A DNA stretch of 64,000 nucleotides from a virus (IMGVR_UViG_3300027819_000008:27405-91404), one strand, 5' to 3'; shown: positions 49,637-59,277, counted from the stretch's first letter. Made by a program: numbers and translations. Notes: generated by a model from the letters alone, not told the origin.

Positions 49637-50686
49637 CTACGTCGCTTCGTTGGTGACGACTTCCCCGCCCTTGGAGCGGAGGTCGCCGATGTCCTTCCAG
49701 TAGCCGTTCTCCTGCAGCGCCCCATCCACTGTGTGAAGCCGCGCGATGAGCTGGTCCCGCTCCTTTTGAAGCGCCACGTTGCGCCGCTGGACCTCGCCCA
49801 GCTTGATGAGCTGCCCCTCCGGCTCGGTCTGGTACCCGTAGCGCCAGCGCTGCTTGAGCAGCGCGCACGCCTGGGGCAGCCGGACCGTGATCCCGCGCGA
49901 CTGGGCCAAACCCAGGTAGAACTCCACGCAGGCCTTCTGGAAGTCGAACTCGGTGCCGACGATCAGGTCGATCCCGAAGAGGGCGATCTCCCGCTCCGCG
50001 TACCGCTCCACCTGCCACTTGCGCAGGGCGAAGGGATCCAGCAGGAGCTCTCGCGCGGCCTCGCGGTCGGCCAGCCGGCGCTCCACGTCCTCCACGACCA
50101 CGACCCGGCGACCCTTGGCGCGGCTCTTGGCCTCGACCACGGCGACCTCGGGCTCGAACTTGGCCGCGTCCCGCAGCTTGCGGAGCTTGGCCTCCACCTG
50201 CAGGTCCGCCAGGTAGATCGCGTACGCGACCTCGAAGGCGACCGTGGAGGTGAAGTAGTCGATCCCGGAGACCTTCTCGATCACCGCCTGCAGCGGGTAG
50301 TTCACGCAGGTCGGGATGGACGGCTCGTACGTGCTCATGTAGACCGGGATGCCGGACTCGGCCAGCCACCGCGGGTGGTCCGTCCCCTCGACGTTGTCCT
50401 CCCGCCAGTTGGCGTGGATGTCGAAGTGCCGGGTCGCGCGGGGGACGTGGCGGTACAGCTGGTTCAGCGTCCAGATCTCGTAGGTCGGGTCGTCGAACGG
50501 CGCGAGGTTGCGGCTGGACGCCGCGAACCCGACGATCGCGAACTTCTTCCGGGGCTCCCCCTCGGCGACCTCCACGACCCCGTTGGGACCGTCGACCACC
50601 TTCAGGCTGTAGCCCCGGCCGGCCGGGTGGTTGGGCTGGACCCCGGACCCCGGCTTGGCCTCCTTGTACGTCACGTTGCTCGACAT
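49637..50686 (-). CDS. hypothetical head-module protein (349 aa)
   Basis: Well-composed ORF between the capsid-associated genes and the connector genes. Confidence 0.4.
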   Translation of the reverse strand: MSSNVTYKEAKPGSGVQPNHPAGRGYSLKVVDGPNGVVEVAEGEPRKKFAIVGFAASSRNLAPFDDPTYEIWTLNQLYRHVPRATRHFDIHANWREDNVEGTDHPRWLAESGIPVYMSTYEPSIPTCVNYPLQAVIEKVSGIDYFTSTVAFEVAYAIYLADLQVEAKLRKLRDAAKFEPEVAVVEAKSRAKGRRVVVVEDVERRLADREAARELLLDPFALRKWQVERYAEREIALFGIDLIVGTEFDFQKACVEFYLGLAQSRGITVRLPQACALLKQRWRYGYQTEPEGQLIKLGEVQRRNVALQKERDQLIARLHTVDGALQENGYWKDIGDLRSKGGEVVTNEAT

Positions 50687-50744
50687 GGCTGCTCGCTCTC
50701 CTTCTCGGTTCAGGGATTACTGGGAATGGCGCGAGCCGACGGAG

Positions 50745-51017
50745 CTACTTCTTGCGGAGCTGCTCCCGGCTCTTGTTCTGCCCGCCGACCATCTTGTCCG
50801 CCGGCGGGGCGGCGACCGACTTCTTCTCTTCGCTCATGAGATCGTCCTCCTCCAGCGCCGGATAGCAGAGACCCCCGAGCACCGGGCGGGCCAGGCCGCG
50901 CCGCACGAGGTCCAGGGCCACGTCGGCCGCGAAGCCGGCGACCTCCCCCTTGCGGAGGAGACCGCCGCCCCGGTGGCTGACGCGGGCGAGGAGCTCGACG
51001 GCGACGGCCTCACCCAT
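50745..51017 (-). CDS. hypothetical protein (90 aa)
   Basis: Small ORF in the head module. Confidence 0.25.
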   Translation of the reverse strand: MGEAVAVELLARVSHRGGGLLRKGEVAGFAADVALDLVRRGLARPVLGGLCYPALEEDDLMSEEKKSVAAPPADKMVGGQNKSREQLRKK

Positions 51018-51020
51018 GGG

Positions 51021-51728
51021 CTAGGTCGCGCAGCCCGTCGTGACCAGGATGCGCTTGACCGGCTGGTTCGGCGGGGGCGCCTGCCCCGGCGCGCCGAAGA
51101 TGGCCAGGGCCGACAGGTCCATGAACCCGCTGCCGCAGGCCGTGCTGTTGATGACCGGCCGCACGAGCACGCGGAGGTACCGCTTGGCCGCGCTGAGGTC
51201 GAAGATCGCCGGAGGACCCGAGTAGTACGCGTATCCCGTGGACGAGGACCCGGCGATCTGGTTCACGCCGTCCGCCGTGGACGTGGTCGTGGTCAGGTTG
51301 CCGCCGAGCACGTCCGCGACGTCCCGCTGGGCCGCCGTGTACATCGCGCAGGCCGTGGCCGTCGCGGTCGTCTGGCGCCAGAGGCCGCGGTCCACGATCC
51401 ACTCCTGCGTGGAGAGGTCCGCCCACGTGCCTCCCGAGGCCGAGGTGTGCTGGAGGCCCACGCCGACCGCGAAGCTCTGCACCCGCGCGTTCTCGTCCGA
51501 CACCCGGAGGTCGACCCACGCCAGGGGCGCGATGGCCACCGAGTTGAAGAGGTGCGTCAGGCCGAGGCGGTCGATCGTGAATCCCGGCCACCAGGTCGAT
51601 CCCGCGGCCGCGATGCCGCCCGAGCACGTGCACGAGCCGGCCACGACGCCGGTCTCGCAGTTCTGGAACTGCGCGTTGTGCCGGAACGCCGGCACGACCT
51701 GGAGCTCTCCGATGTCTCGCGTGATCAT
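51021..51728 (-). CDS. capsid-associated (decoration-like) protein
   Basis: 235 aa, Thr/Ser/Gly/Ala-rich. Directly downstream of the major capsid protein gene. Confidence 0.35.
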   Translation of the reverse strand: MITRDIGELQVVPAFRHNAQFQNCETGVVAGSCTCSGGIAAAGSTWWPGFTIDRLGLTHLFNSVAIAPLAWVDLRVSDENARVQSFAVGVGLQHTSASGGTWADLSTQEWIVDRGLWRQTTATATACAMYTAAQRDVADVLGGNLTTTTSTADGVNQIAGSSSTGYAYYSGPPAIFDLSAAKRYLRVLVRPVINSTACGSGFMDLSALAIFGAPGQAPPPNQPVKRILVTTGCAT

Positions 51729-51811
51729 CTCTCTCGTCCCTCCTGAGGACCCTGATTCGTTGGTCCCGGCGCCGGGTTAGGGCGCCGGGGTTTCATCCGT
51801 CATGCGGGCGG

Positions 51812-53065
51812 CTAGATGCTGCCCGGCTTCCAGCTCACCTCGGTGAGCACCGCGACCGCCTTGTCGTGCCGCATGCCGAAGTCGTGCTCCGCGATGGCGC
51901 GCACGACCGTCTGGTCCTGCGAGAACGCGGCGACGACGCTGGACCCGTCGTAGTACGCGGCGTCCGCCGACGTGTCCACGAGCAGGTTCATCGACTCGCC
52001 GATGACCGCCTGGGCCATGTCGGCCAGGTACAGCTCGGACTTGTTCGACGCCGCACCGACGTTCACCGGCACGTTCGTCGTCACGCCGTACGGCCAGCCC
52101 CAGAGGGTGCCGCGCGTCGCCATCTCCTCGAGGAAGACCGCGTAGCCGTTGCTGTTGAGGACGGTCTTGAGGAACGTCTCGGTCCGCGGCGCCATGATCC
52201 ACGCCGGGGCCAGCATCGGGATGTTCGCCTCGAGCAGCTTGAGGATCATGTCCCCCAGGTCGTTGAAGACGTTCTGGAGGGTCACCGAGGAGCGGGCCGC
52301 GATGACGTTGTCGGCGTGCGCCCAGTAGCGCAGGCCCTTCGGGCCGGAGCCCGTTCCGTCGTCCCGGATGAACGCCTGGTCCTCCCGCTGCCGCATCGCG
52401 TTCACCGTGTCGTCGCGGACGATCGTGTCCGCGCCCGGCGAGCTGTAGCGCAGGAGGTCGTTGGACATCGGCACCAGCGTGACGAGCTTCTTGAACGTCA
52501 GCGCCAGCTGGCCCGTCGTCTGCTCGCTCTTGGTCGCGTTGGCGTTCTCACCGACGTAGTACGCCGTCGCGCCGCCCGTCAGCTTCGGGATCTTCGTCGT
52601 GCCGGTCGGGACCGGCAGCGTCCGCGCCCGCAGCTTGCGCACGACCGACTGCGCCCGGAGGAACTCGATGACCTCCTGGCTGAACTGGGTCGGCACCAGG
52701 AACCCGCCCGCGGTGGCGTCGCCGGCCGCGAGGGCCTTGGTGCGGGCGTCCTCCCACTTCTCGGCGAGGTCCGGGCTGCCCCACTTCTTCAGGATCTCGA
52801 TGGCCCCGGCCGGGCCCGCCTGCGCGAGCTTGGAGGCCGCCGTCGCGCGCACGCACTTGGCGAACGCGAGGCCCTTCTCGTCCATCGGGACGACGCGCTC
52901 GGCCGCGGCGCCCCCCTTGAACATCTGCGACATCTGCGCGACCCACGCGGGCGCCTGCGCCCCCTGGGCCTCGGCCAGCTGCGACTTGATCTGCTCGCCG
53001 ACCACCTCGGCCACGATCGGGCCGCAGTTCTCGCGGATGAGCGCGACCAGCTCCTGCTTCGTCAT
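51812..53065 (-). CDS. major capsid protein (HK97 fold)
   Basis: 417 aa with typical HK97-family blocks (GGFLVPTQFSQEV..., NNLQPY-like region). Directly follows the prohead protease. Confidence 0.85.
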   Translation of the reverse strand: MTKQELVALIRENCGPIVAEVVGEQIKSQLAEAQGAQAPAWVAQMSQMFKGGAAAERVVPMDEKGLAFAKCVRATAASKLAQAGPAGAIEILKKWGSPDLAEKWEDARTKALAAGDATAGGFLVPTQFSQEVIEFLRAQSVVRKLRARTLPVPTGTTKIPKLTGGATAYYVGENANATKSEQTTGQLALTFKKLVTLVPMSNDLLRYSSPGADTIVRDDTVNAMRQREDQAFIRDDGTGSGPKGLRYWAHADNVIAARSSVTLQNVFNDLGDMILKLLEANIPMLAPAWIMAPRTETFLKTVLNSNGYAVFLEEMATRGTLWGWPYGVTTNVPVNVGAASNKSELYLADMAQAVIGESMNLLVDTSADAAYYDGSSVVAAFSQDQTVVRAIAEHDFGMRHDKAVAVLTEVSWKPGSI

Positions 53066-53097
53066 GACTCTCGTCCTCCGTCCCTTCTGGTTCGAAA

Positions 53098-54576
53098 CTA
53101 GTCCACGCGTCCGCGCGCGATGTTCATGGCGCGGCGGGTTTCCACTGCGATCGCCTCTCGGAGCGTCGCGGCGAACTCCGCCGCGCTGATGTCCTCGAGT
53201 CCGTCCGCGGCCTTGATGTCGTCCAAGTCGATCACGTCGTCCGCGGTGAGCTGGATGATGTGGTCTTCATTGGGCGCCGCCACCACCACGAGGGCCGGAT
53301 CATTGTCCGTACCGCCCCCTGCGGACTGGGCCGGGGGTAGCGGCGCCGCCGCACTGCCTGCGGGCATCAGCGCGTGCCGGTGCCCGTCGCTCTCTTCGGT
53401 CTCGCCGCGCGCCAGGCTCGCCGCCGTGATGCGGTGCGAGTGGTCCGCGACCTGAAACGCCATGCCGCCGTCGAAGACCACCTGGCCCCCGTCGCGGGTG
53501 TAGACGTACAGCGAATAGTCGTGGACGTGGATCGCCGCGCTGGAGCCCTGGGCGGGGGTGGTGTACCCGGCGGTCTCGAACCCGCCGTAGGCCTTCTCCA
53601 CCTTGGGGGGCGCCTTGATCGCCGCTGCGGCGTCCTTGGGCGCGTCCTCCACGACCGGGGCCTGCGCGACCAGGGCGAGTACCTCGCCGATCTTCTCGTG
53701 GGCCTGCCGGAGCTTGCCCTCGTTGGCGCTCGACAGGACCCGGCCGCGCTTGGCGACGGCTTCCGCGAGCTTGAGGACGGCCTCCGCGGCCTTCCCCTCC
53801 TCCATCGGGCACTCCTCGCCCATGCCGCAGGCCCCGTTCTCACCCTCACCGGCCATGCACTCCTCGCCGGCCGGGCATTCGCGCTTGCGCGAGGCCTTGG
53901 CAAACGAGTAGGACCGGTTGACGGAGGCCTCGAGCGCGGTGAAGCGCTCCAGGAAGGCCGGGTCCAGGACGGCGGTCGGCGCGCAGCCGACGGCCTCCAG
54001 GGTCTTGGCCGCCCACTCGCGCAGCGGCTCTACGTCCACCCCGGCCGAGCGGGCCTCCACGAGGGCGCCCGCGTTGGCGGGGACCGGGACGATGCTGACC
54101 TCCAGGAGCGACTGCTTCGCGAAGTTCACGCCCTTGCGCTGCTCGTCGTACGACCAGTCCTCGGGCTTGAACCCGACCGAGGTCGCGTTGAGCCACCCGC
54201 CCTTGACCATCCGGAAGATGGTGTCGGCGAACGGGGAGAGCTCCTTAGGCATGAACTCGATGTCGGACGACATCTTGGAGGCCCCCATCGTCAGCGCGAG
54301 CGAGCGCCCGATCGGCGGCTGGCTGTAGTCGTGGGCCCACTGGATGACGGGGTTGGCGTTGAAGTCCTTGACGTCCCACCCCGCCGAGTCGATGACGTCT
54401 CGGTCGCGGTCGACCTGGTTGGTCGTGACCGTGAAGCGGACCACCCGCGAGTCATCCCCGCCGACCAGCGCCTTGGACGCGATCGTGAACGCCTTGCGGA
54501 TGCCGTACTCCTCGGGGAGCTCGCCGGACTTCTGGAGCCGAACCATCTGGTCGGAGGTCAGCCAAGAGCGCTTCAT
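53098..54576 (-). CDS. prohead protease (HK97 family) with C-terminal scaffold-like region
   Basis: FTVTTNQVDRDRDVI...NPVIQWAHD...PIG block typical of HK97 proheads. Cys/Glu-rich linker and Ala-rich helical C-terminus. Confidence 0.75.
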   Translation of the reverse strand: MKRSWLTSDQMVRLQKSGELPEEYGIRKAFTIASKALVGGDDSRVVRFTVTTNQVDRDRDVIDSAGWDVKDFNANPVIQWAHDYSQPPIGRSLALTMGASKMSSDIEFMPKELSPFADTIFRMVKGGWLNATSVGFKPEDWSYDEQRKGVNFAKQSLLEVSIVPVPANAGALVEARSAGVDVEPLREWAAKTLEAVGCAPTAVLDPAFLERFTALEASVNRSYSFAKASRKRECPAGEECMAGEGENGACGMGEECPMEEGKAAEAVLKLAEAVAKRGRVLSSANEGKLRQAHEKIGEVLALVAQAPVVEDAPKDAAAAIKAPPKVEKAYGGFETAGYTTPAQGSSAAIHVHDYSLYVYTRDGGQVVFDGGMAFQVADHSHRITAASLARGETEESDGHRHALMPAGSAAAPLPPAQSAGGGTDNDPALVVVAAPNEDHIIQLTADDVIDLDDIKAADGLEDISAAEFAATLREAIAVETRRAMNIARGRVD

Positions 54577-54722
54577 GCACGAACCCCCGGAGTCGAAGTC
54601 TTCTGTACGCGCATTACACGACTATCGTATTTCGACGTCGGGTGAAGAATGAAACGCCGGGGAAAGTTAAACCGCCCGGGAGGCCGGGCGGTCTGGGGGG
54701 AAGCGCTGCGGAGGGGCGGGGA

Positions 54723-55445
54723 CTAGTTGGGCGGCTGGGGCGGCCGACCCTGGTTCCGGTCCACGGCGAACCACTCGCGGCCGCGCTTGGTCAGCTCCTC
54801 GTGATGGATCGCGCGGCGCGCGTCGCTGACGACGTCGTTGCCGTACTCCAGCTCCTTGTCGTAGTGGTAGCCGTACAGGTACGGCGAGGACGTCAGCAGC
54901 GAGGCGTCGGTCACCTTGATCCCGCGGCCCTCGGCCACGCCTATCCAGTACGTGACGCATGGCAGCTCCAGCAGCCGCTCGCGCGGCGAGCCCCGCCACA
55001 GCTGGAGGCCGTACAGCCCGATCTCCGTGAACCCGTCCACGATGGCCAGCGCGATCTGGTACGCGAACGTGCAGGTGAAGTAGTCGTCGCGCAGCCCGGC
55101 CGCGTGCAGGCGCTCCATCGGGTACACCACGCCCTGCGGGACCAGCGGCGTCGCCTCTAGGACGTAGCACGGGGTCCGGCACGCCGCGAGGAACGCCATC
55201 TCCCGCGCATCCTGCGGCGGTACGGTGACTGGGTGGAGCTCGAAGTGCCGGTCGTAGTGCGGCTGCCAGATCTCGTTGATGGCCCACACGCACCACTCGC
55301 GGTCCCCACGGTCGTAGCCCGGGGCCTGCCCGCGCCCGGCAGCAGCGCCGACGATGGCGACCCTGGTGTGGTGGCAGCGGACCTCGCCGCGCTCGCGCGA
55401 GGTGATGAACTCGTGGGGGGCCTCCAGGAGGGGCGGTGACTGGCT
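54723..55445 (-). CDS. hypothetical protein (240 aa)
   Basis: ATG (MSQSPPLLEAPHEF) overlaps the upstream stop. The track N-terminus is junk. Confidence 0.35.
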   Translation of the reverse strand, partial: SQSPPLLEAPHEFITSRERGEVRCHHTRVAIVGAAAGRGQAPGYDRGDREWCVWAINEIWQPHYDRHFELHPVTVPPQDAREMAFLAACRTPCYVLEATPLVPQGVVYPMERLHAAGLRDDYFTCTFAYQIALAIVDGFTEIGLYGLQLWRGSPRERLLELPCVTYWIGVAEGRGIKVTDASLLTSSPYLYGYHYDKELEYGNDVVSDARRAIHHEELTKRGREWFAVDRNQGRPPQPPN

Positions 55446-55930
55446 CATCGGTCGGCCAGCTCGACGGCGAGGAGCGCCGGCCAGTGCTCGCTGCTGCCCC
55501 GCTTCATTTCCGCGCCCCGCGCGTCGCTGACGCGGTGTTCCCGAAACGGGAGTGCCGCGCAGCGAAACCACACGGCGCAGACCTTCCCGTCGGGGCCGAC
55601 CTCGACGTCCAGCCAGGTCGAGCGGTGGAGCGTCCGGTCGTGACCGTAGACCTTGCCATGGAGGAGTTCGTTGACAGGAGGGGCCTGCCCCATGCGCGGC
55701 GGAGCGCCGTGCTGCTCCAGGCACGCCACCCCGAGCGCGGTGACCTTGCGGAGCTCGTGCAGGGCGAGCTTCGTACCCTCGTTCTCGGTCAGCGCGCGCC
55801 GGGCCTTCGCGAGGTACTCCTCCATGTAGACCAGGAAGGCGCCGACGCCCTCGCGGTCCGCCCCCCACTTCTTGACCTGAAACGCGCGCTCGCCGTCCAG
55901 CGCCTCGTAGACTTCCGCCCTCGTGGCCAT
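55445..55930 (-). CDS. hypothetical protein (possible MazG-like NTP pyrophosphohydrolase)
   Basis: MATRAEVYEALDGERAF...FLVYMEEYLAKARRAL. Weak call. Confidence 0.25.
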   Translation of the reverse strand: MATRAEVYEALDGERAFQVKKWGADREGVGAFLVYMEEYLAKARRALTENEGTKLALHELRKVTALGVACLEQHGAPPRMGQAPPVNELLHGKVYGHDRTLHRSTWLDVEVGPDGKVCAVWFRCAALPFREHRVSDARGAEMKRGSSEHWPALLAVELADR

Positions 55931-56081
55931 CAGGACTTCTCCTTCTTTCGGTTCCCGCTGAGCTTCGCGGGCAAAATGTTGGCGGCCTGGGAACACGCGC
56001 CGCAGCGCGTCAGGCCGCGCGCGTCGGGGCGGCAGCGGTGGCACCGCATGCGGGCATCGCACCTGCAAATCGTGCAGACAC

Positions 56082-56558
56082 TTACGCGCTGACTAGCGGG
56101 CCGGTCCACTGATTGCGACAGCGTCCCCGCTCCATCCTGTCGCGCATGTTTTGCTTGTGCGTTCCTGGGTAAAGGTGCTCCGGACGAACGCAGCGACGAT
56201 TGTCGCAAGTGTGAAGCGTGTTCATCCCGTTCGCGATTGCTCCACGAATTAGCGCAAATGACACCTGGTGCGCTAGATAGGTTTGATTGAGGAAGGAAAA
56301 CGACCCGTAACCATTGCAACCATCGTTCGGCCATTCCCAGCATCCCGCCTCCGTAACGCAGACGCGGCTATAGAACTTTGTCGCATCAATCAATTGCGCG
56401 AGATTGACGAGGTCAAGTCGCTCCGATGCTCGCCGACGAGCGCGTTTTACCTTGGCGTGGTTCACACAAAGGGAGCGATTCGCCTCGGCAGGCTCGGAGC
56501 AGAAAAGGCAGAGGCCAAGCACACGATGGCGTTCTCGATACGCCGCTTGCGGCGTCAC
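56082..56558 (-). CDS. HNH homing endonuclease (free-standing, low-GC island)
   Basis: CWEW...GYGSFSF...AHQVSFALIRG...HTCDNRRCVRPEHLYPGT. Local GC about 52%. Confidence 0.8.
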   Translation of the reverse strand: MTPQAAYRERHRVLGLCLFCSEPAEANRSLCVNHAKVKRARRRASERLDLVNLAQLIDATKFYSRVCVTEAGCWEWPNDGCNGYGSFSFLNQTYLAHQVSFALIRGAIANGMNTLHTCDNRRCVRPEHLYPGTHKQNMRDRMERGRCRNQWTGPLVSA

Positions 56559-56715
56559 CGGCGCGGGCTCCGCCCGAGCTGCACCTGGACTTGGACTTGC
56601 CGAAGGGACTCCCGCTTCGGCGGCGCGGCCTGGTCGAGGAGCCTGGTGTAGGCGAAGTACTTCATGATCTGCTCGTAGGGGACTCCGACCCGCAGCAGGG
56701 ACTCCACCGTCGAGT

Positions 56716-57753
56716 TCACTCGGCGGCTGCCTCGGTCAGCTCGGTCAGGCTTGACGCGGAGAGGTCATCCTCGCGCTCCGCCTGCGGCGGGCGCGGCGGG
56801 ACCTTCCCCCGGTGAAAGAAGTCGCAATTGTGGGTTATGATAGTTCCCGCCACCAGTAGTCCGGATCTGCTGTAGAAGGAGTACACATGTTCCGCAAGCA
56901 ACACCTGCCGAACGAGGACGACCTCATCCACCGTTACCAAACCGGAGAGTCGCTGCTGAAGCTGAGCCGCGACTGCGGTCGCTCCGTCACCATGCTCCAG
57001 CGCCACTTCAGGAAGCGCGGTGTGTCGCTGCGCGGGTGGTCCGCCGCGCAGCGGATCGTTTGGCAAGATCGCGACCGCGCAGCTACCGTCGCCCAGTGCT
57101 CGGCCGCGTGGCGGGCGAGCCGAGGCGCCCCGGTCCCGGAGGAGCGGCTGAGAAAGATAGCCCGGGCGCGAGGACGAAGGGTTGGCAGGTACGAGCAGCG
57201 CGTCGCCCGGCTGCTGCGCGAGGCGGGCTTTCAGGTCCAAACCCAACTGCCGGTGAACCGCTACAACCTCGACGTCGCCATTTTCGCCTCGCGCGTCGCC
57301 GTGGAAATCGAGGGCCGTCCGCTGTACTCGCCCCGTGAAAGACGCCGTTTGCTGGAGCGCACGAAACACCTCACCAGCGCGGGGTGGCGCGTGCTGTACG
57401 TATACCTGCGATCCCGCTATCCCTGTCCTGTGATCCGGCCCACCAGTGCGGTGGTGGAACACGTAGTCGCCCTCACGCAGGGCCGAGGCCTCCACCCAGC
57501 CGCGGGCGGTGGCTACCGGGTGATTCGGAGTGACGGCCAGCCGTTGTCCCGATCGTGTTTCCACCTGGACGGCGTTCCCCAGGTATAGGTACCGCGCGGC
57601 GCCCAGCCACGCGTCGCTACTTACTGGGATGGAAGCGGGTACGCACATGATTCTGTTCGCCACCGCCCAGTCGTCGCCGTAGACGCAGTGGTGGTGGGGA
57701 CAGAGCGCGATGCTGCTCGCGAGCTGAAGACCACAGATCGCACAGATACTCAC
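56716..57753 (-). CDS. Hint/intein-like domain ORF with very short flanking sequences
   Basis: CVYGDDWAV (block-A-like), VTPNHPV (block B) and a C-terminal GTIITHN followed by Cys. The central part is low-complexity, being antisense to the DUF559 gene. GTG start. Confidence 0.4.
   Translation of the reverse strand: MSICAICGLQLASSIALCPHHHCVYGDDWAVANRIMCVPASIPVSSDAWLGAARYLYLGNAVQVETRSGQRLAVTPNHPVATARGWVEASALREGDYVFHHRTGGPDHRTGIAGSQVYVQHAPPRAGEVFRALQQTASFTGRVQRTALDFHGDARGENGDVEVVAVHRQLGLDLKARLAQQPGDALLVPANPSSSRPGYLSQPLLRDRGASARPPRGRALGDGSCAVAILPNDPLRGGPPAQRHTALPEVALEHGDGATAVAAQLQQRLSGLVTVDEVVLVRQVLLAEHVYSFYSRSGLLVAGTIITHNCDFFHRGKVPPRPPQAEREDDLSASSLTELTEAAAE
56887..57588 (+). CDS. DUF559/Vsr-like endonuclease with N-terminal HTH (the only clear plus-strand gene)
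   Basis: NRYNLDVAIFASRVAVEIEGRPLYSPRERRRLLERTKHLTSAGWRVLYVY matches the DUF559 core. HTH TGESLLKLSRDCGRSVTMLQRHF. Lower-GC region. Confidence 0.65.
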   Translation: MFRKQHLPNEDDLIHRYQTGESLLKLSRDCGRSVTMLQRHFRKRGVSLRGWSAAQRIVWQDRDRAATVAQCSAAWRASRGAPVPEERLRKIARARGRRVGRYEQRVARLLREAGFQVQTQLPVNRYNLDVAIFASRVAVEIEGRPLYSPRERRRLLERTKHLTSAGWRVLYVYLRSRYPCPVIRPTSAVVEHVVALTQGRGLHPAAGGGYRVIRSDGQPLSRSCFHLDGVPQV

Positions 57754-57757
57754 GGGC

Positions 57758-57988
57758 TCACCCGCGCACCAGGTAGAACCCGCTGCTGGTCCGCCCCGTC
57801 TCGCCCTTGCGGTAGTCGGCGAACGCCGCGAGCACGACGGCCTCGGCCCGGTCCAGCTCGGCCGGAGTCAGCCCCGGCTGCAGGCGCAGGAACCCAAACA
57901 CGCGCGTCTCGGCCAGGACCTCCTCTATGCGGGCGCGGAGCGCGGCCATCCGGGCCTCCGCCTCGCCGGGGGTCGCGGGCGCACTCAT
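57758..57988 (-). CDS. hypothetical small protein (76 aa)
   Basis: ATGA overlap start (MSAPATPGEAEARMAALRARIEEVL...). Confidence 0.3.
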   Translation of the reverse strand: MSAPATPGEAEARMAALRARIEEVLAETRVFGFLRLQPGLTPAELDRAEAVVLAAFADYRKGETGRTSSGFYLVRG

Positions 57989-58335
57989 AGTCCCCACGAC
58001 CGGTCCCACTGCAGCACCGGCGCCCCACCCGGTACGGTTCCGTCCCACGGTCCCTCCCTCCCAGGGAACGCGCGGGTGCGGACGACCTCGTGGGTCGTCG
58101 GGTCCCGGTCATACCCCAGCACCAGGTGGTGCGTGATCCGGCCAGCCAGGTCCATGTACGTCACCACGGTCGGCTCGCCCCACGCGTCGAACCACGGCTG
58201 CCCCGAGTCCCGCAAGAGGCTGCTCCCGACTCCGTACACCACACCCGAGGGCGCGGGGCTGCGCTCAGCCGCGAGTCGGTACTGGGTATCCGCGGCATGC
58301 TGGACGATCTCGGCGAGGATTTTCGGTGCGCTCAC
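57985..58335 (-). CDS. hypothetical protein (116 aa)
   Basis: Well-composed ORF. Confidence 0.35.
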   Translation of the reverse strand: MSAPKILAEIVQHAADTQYRLAAERSPAPSGVVYGVGSSLLRDSGQPWFDAWGEPTVVTYMDLAGRITHHLVLGYDRDPTTHEVVRTRAFPGREGPWDGTVPGGAPVLQWDRSWGL

Positions 58336-58342
58336 GCCGGGG

Positions 58343-58567
58343 TCACGGCCGGGCCACGCGCAGCTGGCGGACGATCGGGAGGTCGAGGTCCTCCTCAGAT
58401 TTCGCGTAGTACAGGTCCACGACGATCACGCGCTCGGCGTTGACCTCGAGCTCCAGGAGCTGGGCCTCCGCGGCGCGGCGGACCCGACCCGGCAAGTGCA
58501 CGCGGCCGAGCTCGGCCAGCGCGTTGGCGACGCTGGTCGCGACGAAGGAGCAGTCATTCTTTGGCAC
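58343..58567 (-). CDS. hypothetical small protein (74 aa)
   Basis: ORF. Confidence 0.3.
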   Translation of the reverse strand: MPKNDCSFVATSVANALAELGRVHLPGRVRRAAEAQLLELEVNAERVIVVDLYYAKSEEDLDLPIVRQLRVARP

Positions 58568-58587
58568 GCCGCTACCTCCCTACTCCC

Positions 58588-59277
58588 CTATATCCGCGCC
58601 GGGCGATTGCGCAGCCAGTCTGTGTTCTCTTCTCCCTCAAGCTGCACGGCCTCATCGTCCCCCTCGGCTTTCCCAATGACGCTGTTGACCCGAGCTTTCG
58701 GGAGCTTGACGCCCAGGACTATGTGCTCGAACTCGGTCGCCATCTTGTTCTTGGGCGCGAGCGCGGTCAGGACCTCGTGGGTTGCAAAGACCTGGGAGAC
58801 TGGGACGCGAATCTTGAGCACCGCGCCGCGCTTCCCTCGCTCCTCCGACTGGTACTCGGCGAACCCGTCCGCAACCTCCATCTCGGTCGTCCATGAGGAA
58901 AGGGGATTCTGCTTCGGGTCAACCTTGGCCCCGCGCCGGAGCTTCTGGTCCGTCCCGATCCCCCGGTACAGGGTGACCTGAGTGACGCCGGCCTGCCGAA
59001 ATGCCTCCTGCGTCAGGGCGTAGATGGTCCGGGCGGCCTCGCGGTCGACGTCGTTGGCCGCGGGCGGCTTCTTGCCTCCAGTGAACTGAAACTGCCCGCC
59101 CGCCTCCTCCATGACCGCCGCCTGGAGGTGGAGCGCGTCGACTCCAACCGCGCTGATGTTGGTCCACCGCTGCGCCGCGTCTTGCATGCGCTTGGCGATT
59201 TTCGGCGGGACGTTCTCGGGATCTCGGACCCAGGCCCCGAGTCGAGCGACCCGCTGATCCCACGACCCCTCGCCCAT
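58588..59277 (-). CDS. putative ADP-ribosyltransferase (Arg / Ser-Thr-Ser / Glu-x-Glu type)
   Basis: LYRGIG (Arg), SSWTT (Ser-Thr-Ser-like) and ATEFEHIV (Glu-x-Glu), with the spacing expected of a cholera-toxin-like ADP-ribosyltransferase. Directly downstream of the MuF gene. Confidence 0.4.
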   Translation of the reverse strand: MGEGSWDQRVARLGAWVRDPENVPPKIAKRMQDAAQRWTNISAVGVDALHLQAAVMEEAGGQFQFTGGKKPPAANDVDREAARTIYALTQEAFRQAGVTQVTLYRGIGTDQKLRRGAKVDPKQNPLSSWTTEMEVADGFAEYQSEERGKRGAVLKIRVPVSQVFATHEVLTALAPKNKMATEFEHIVLGVKLPKARVNSVIGKAEGDDEAVQLEGEENTDWLRNRPARI

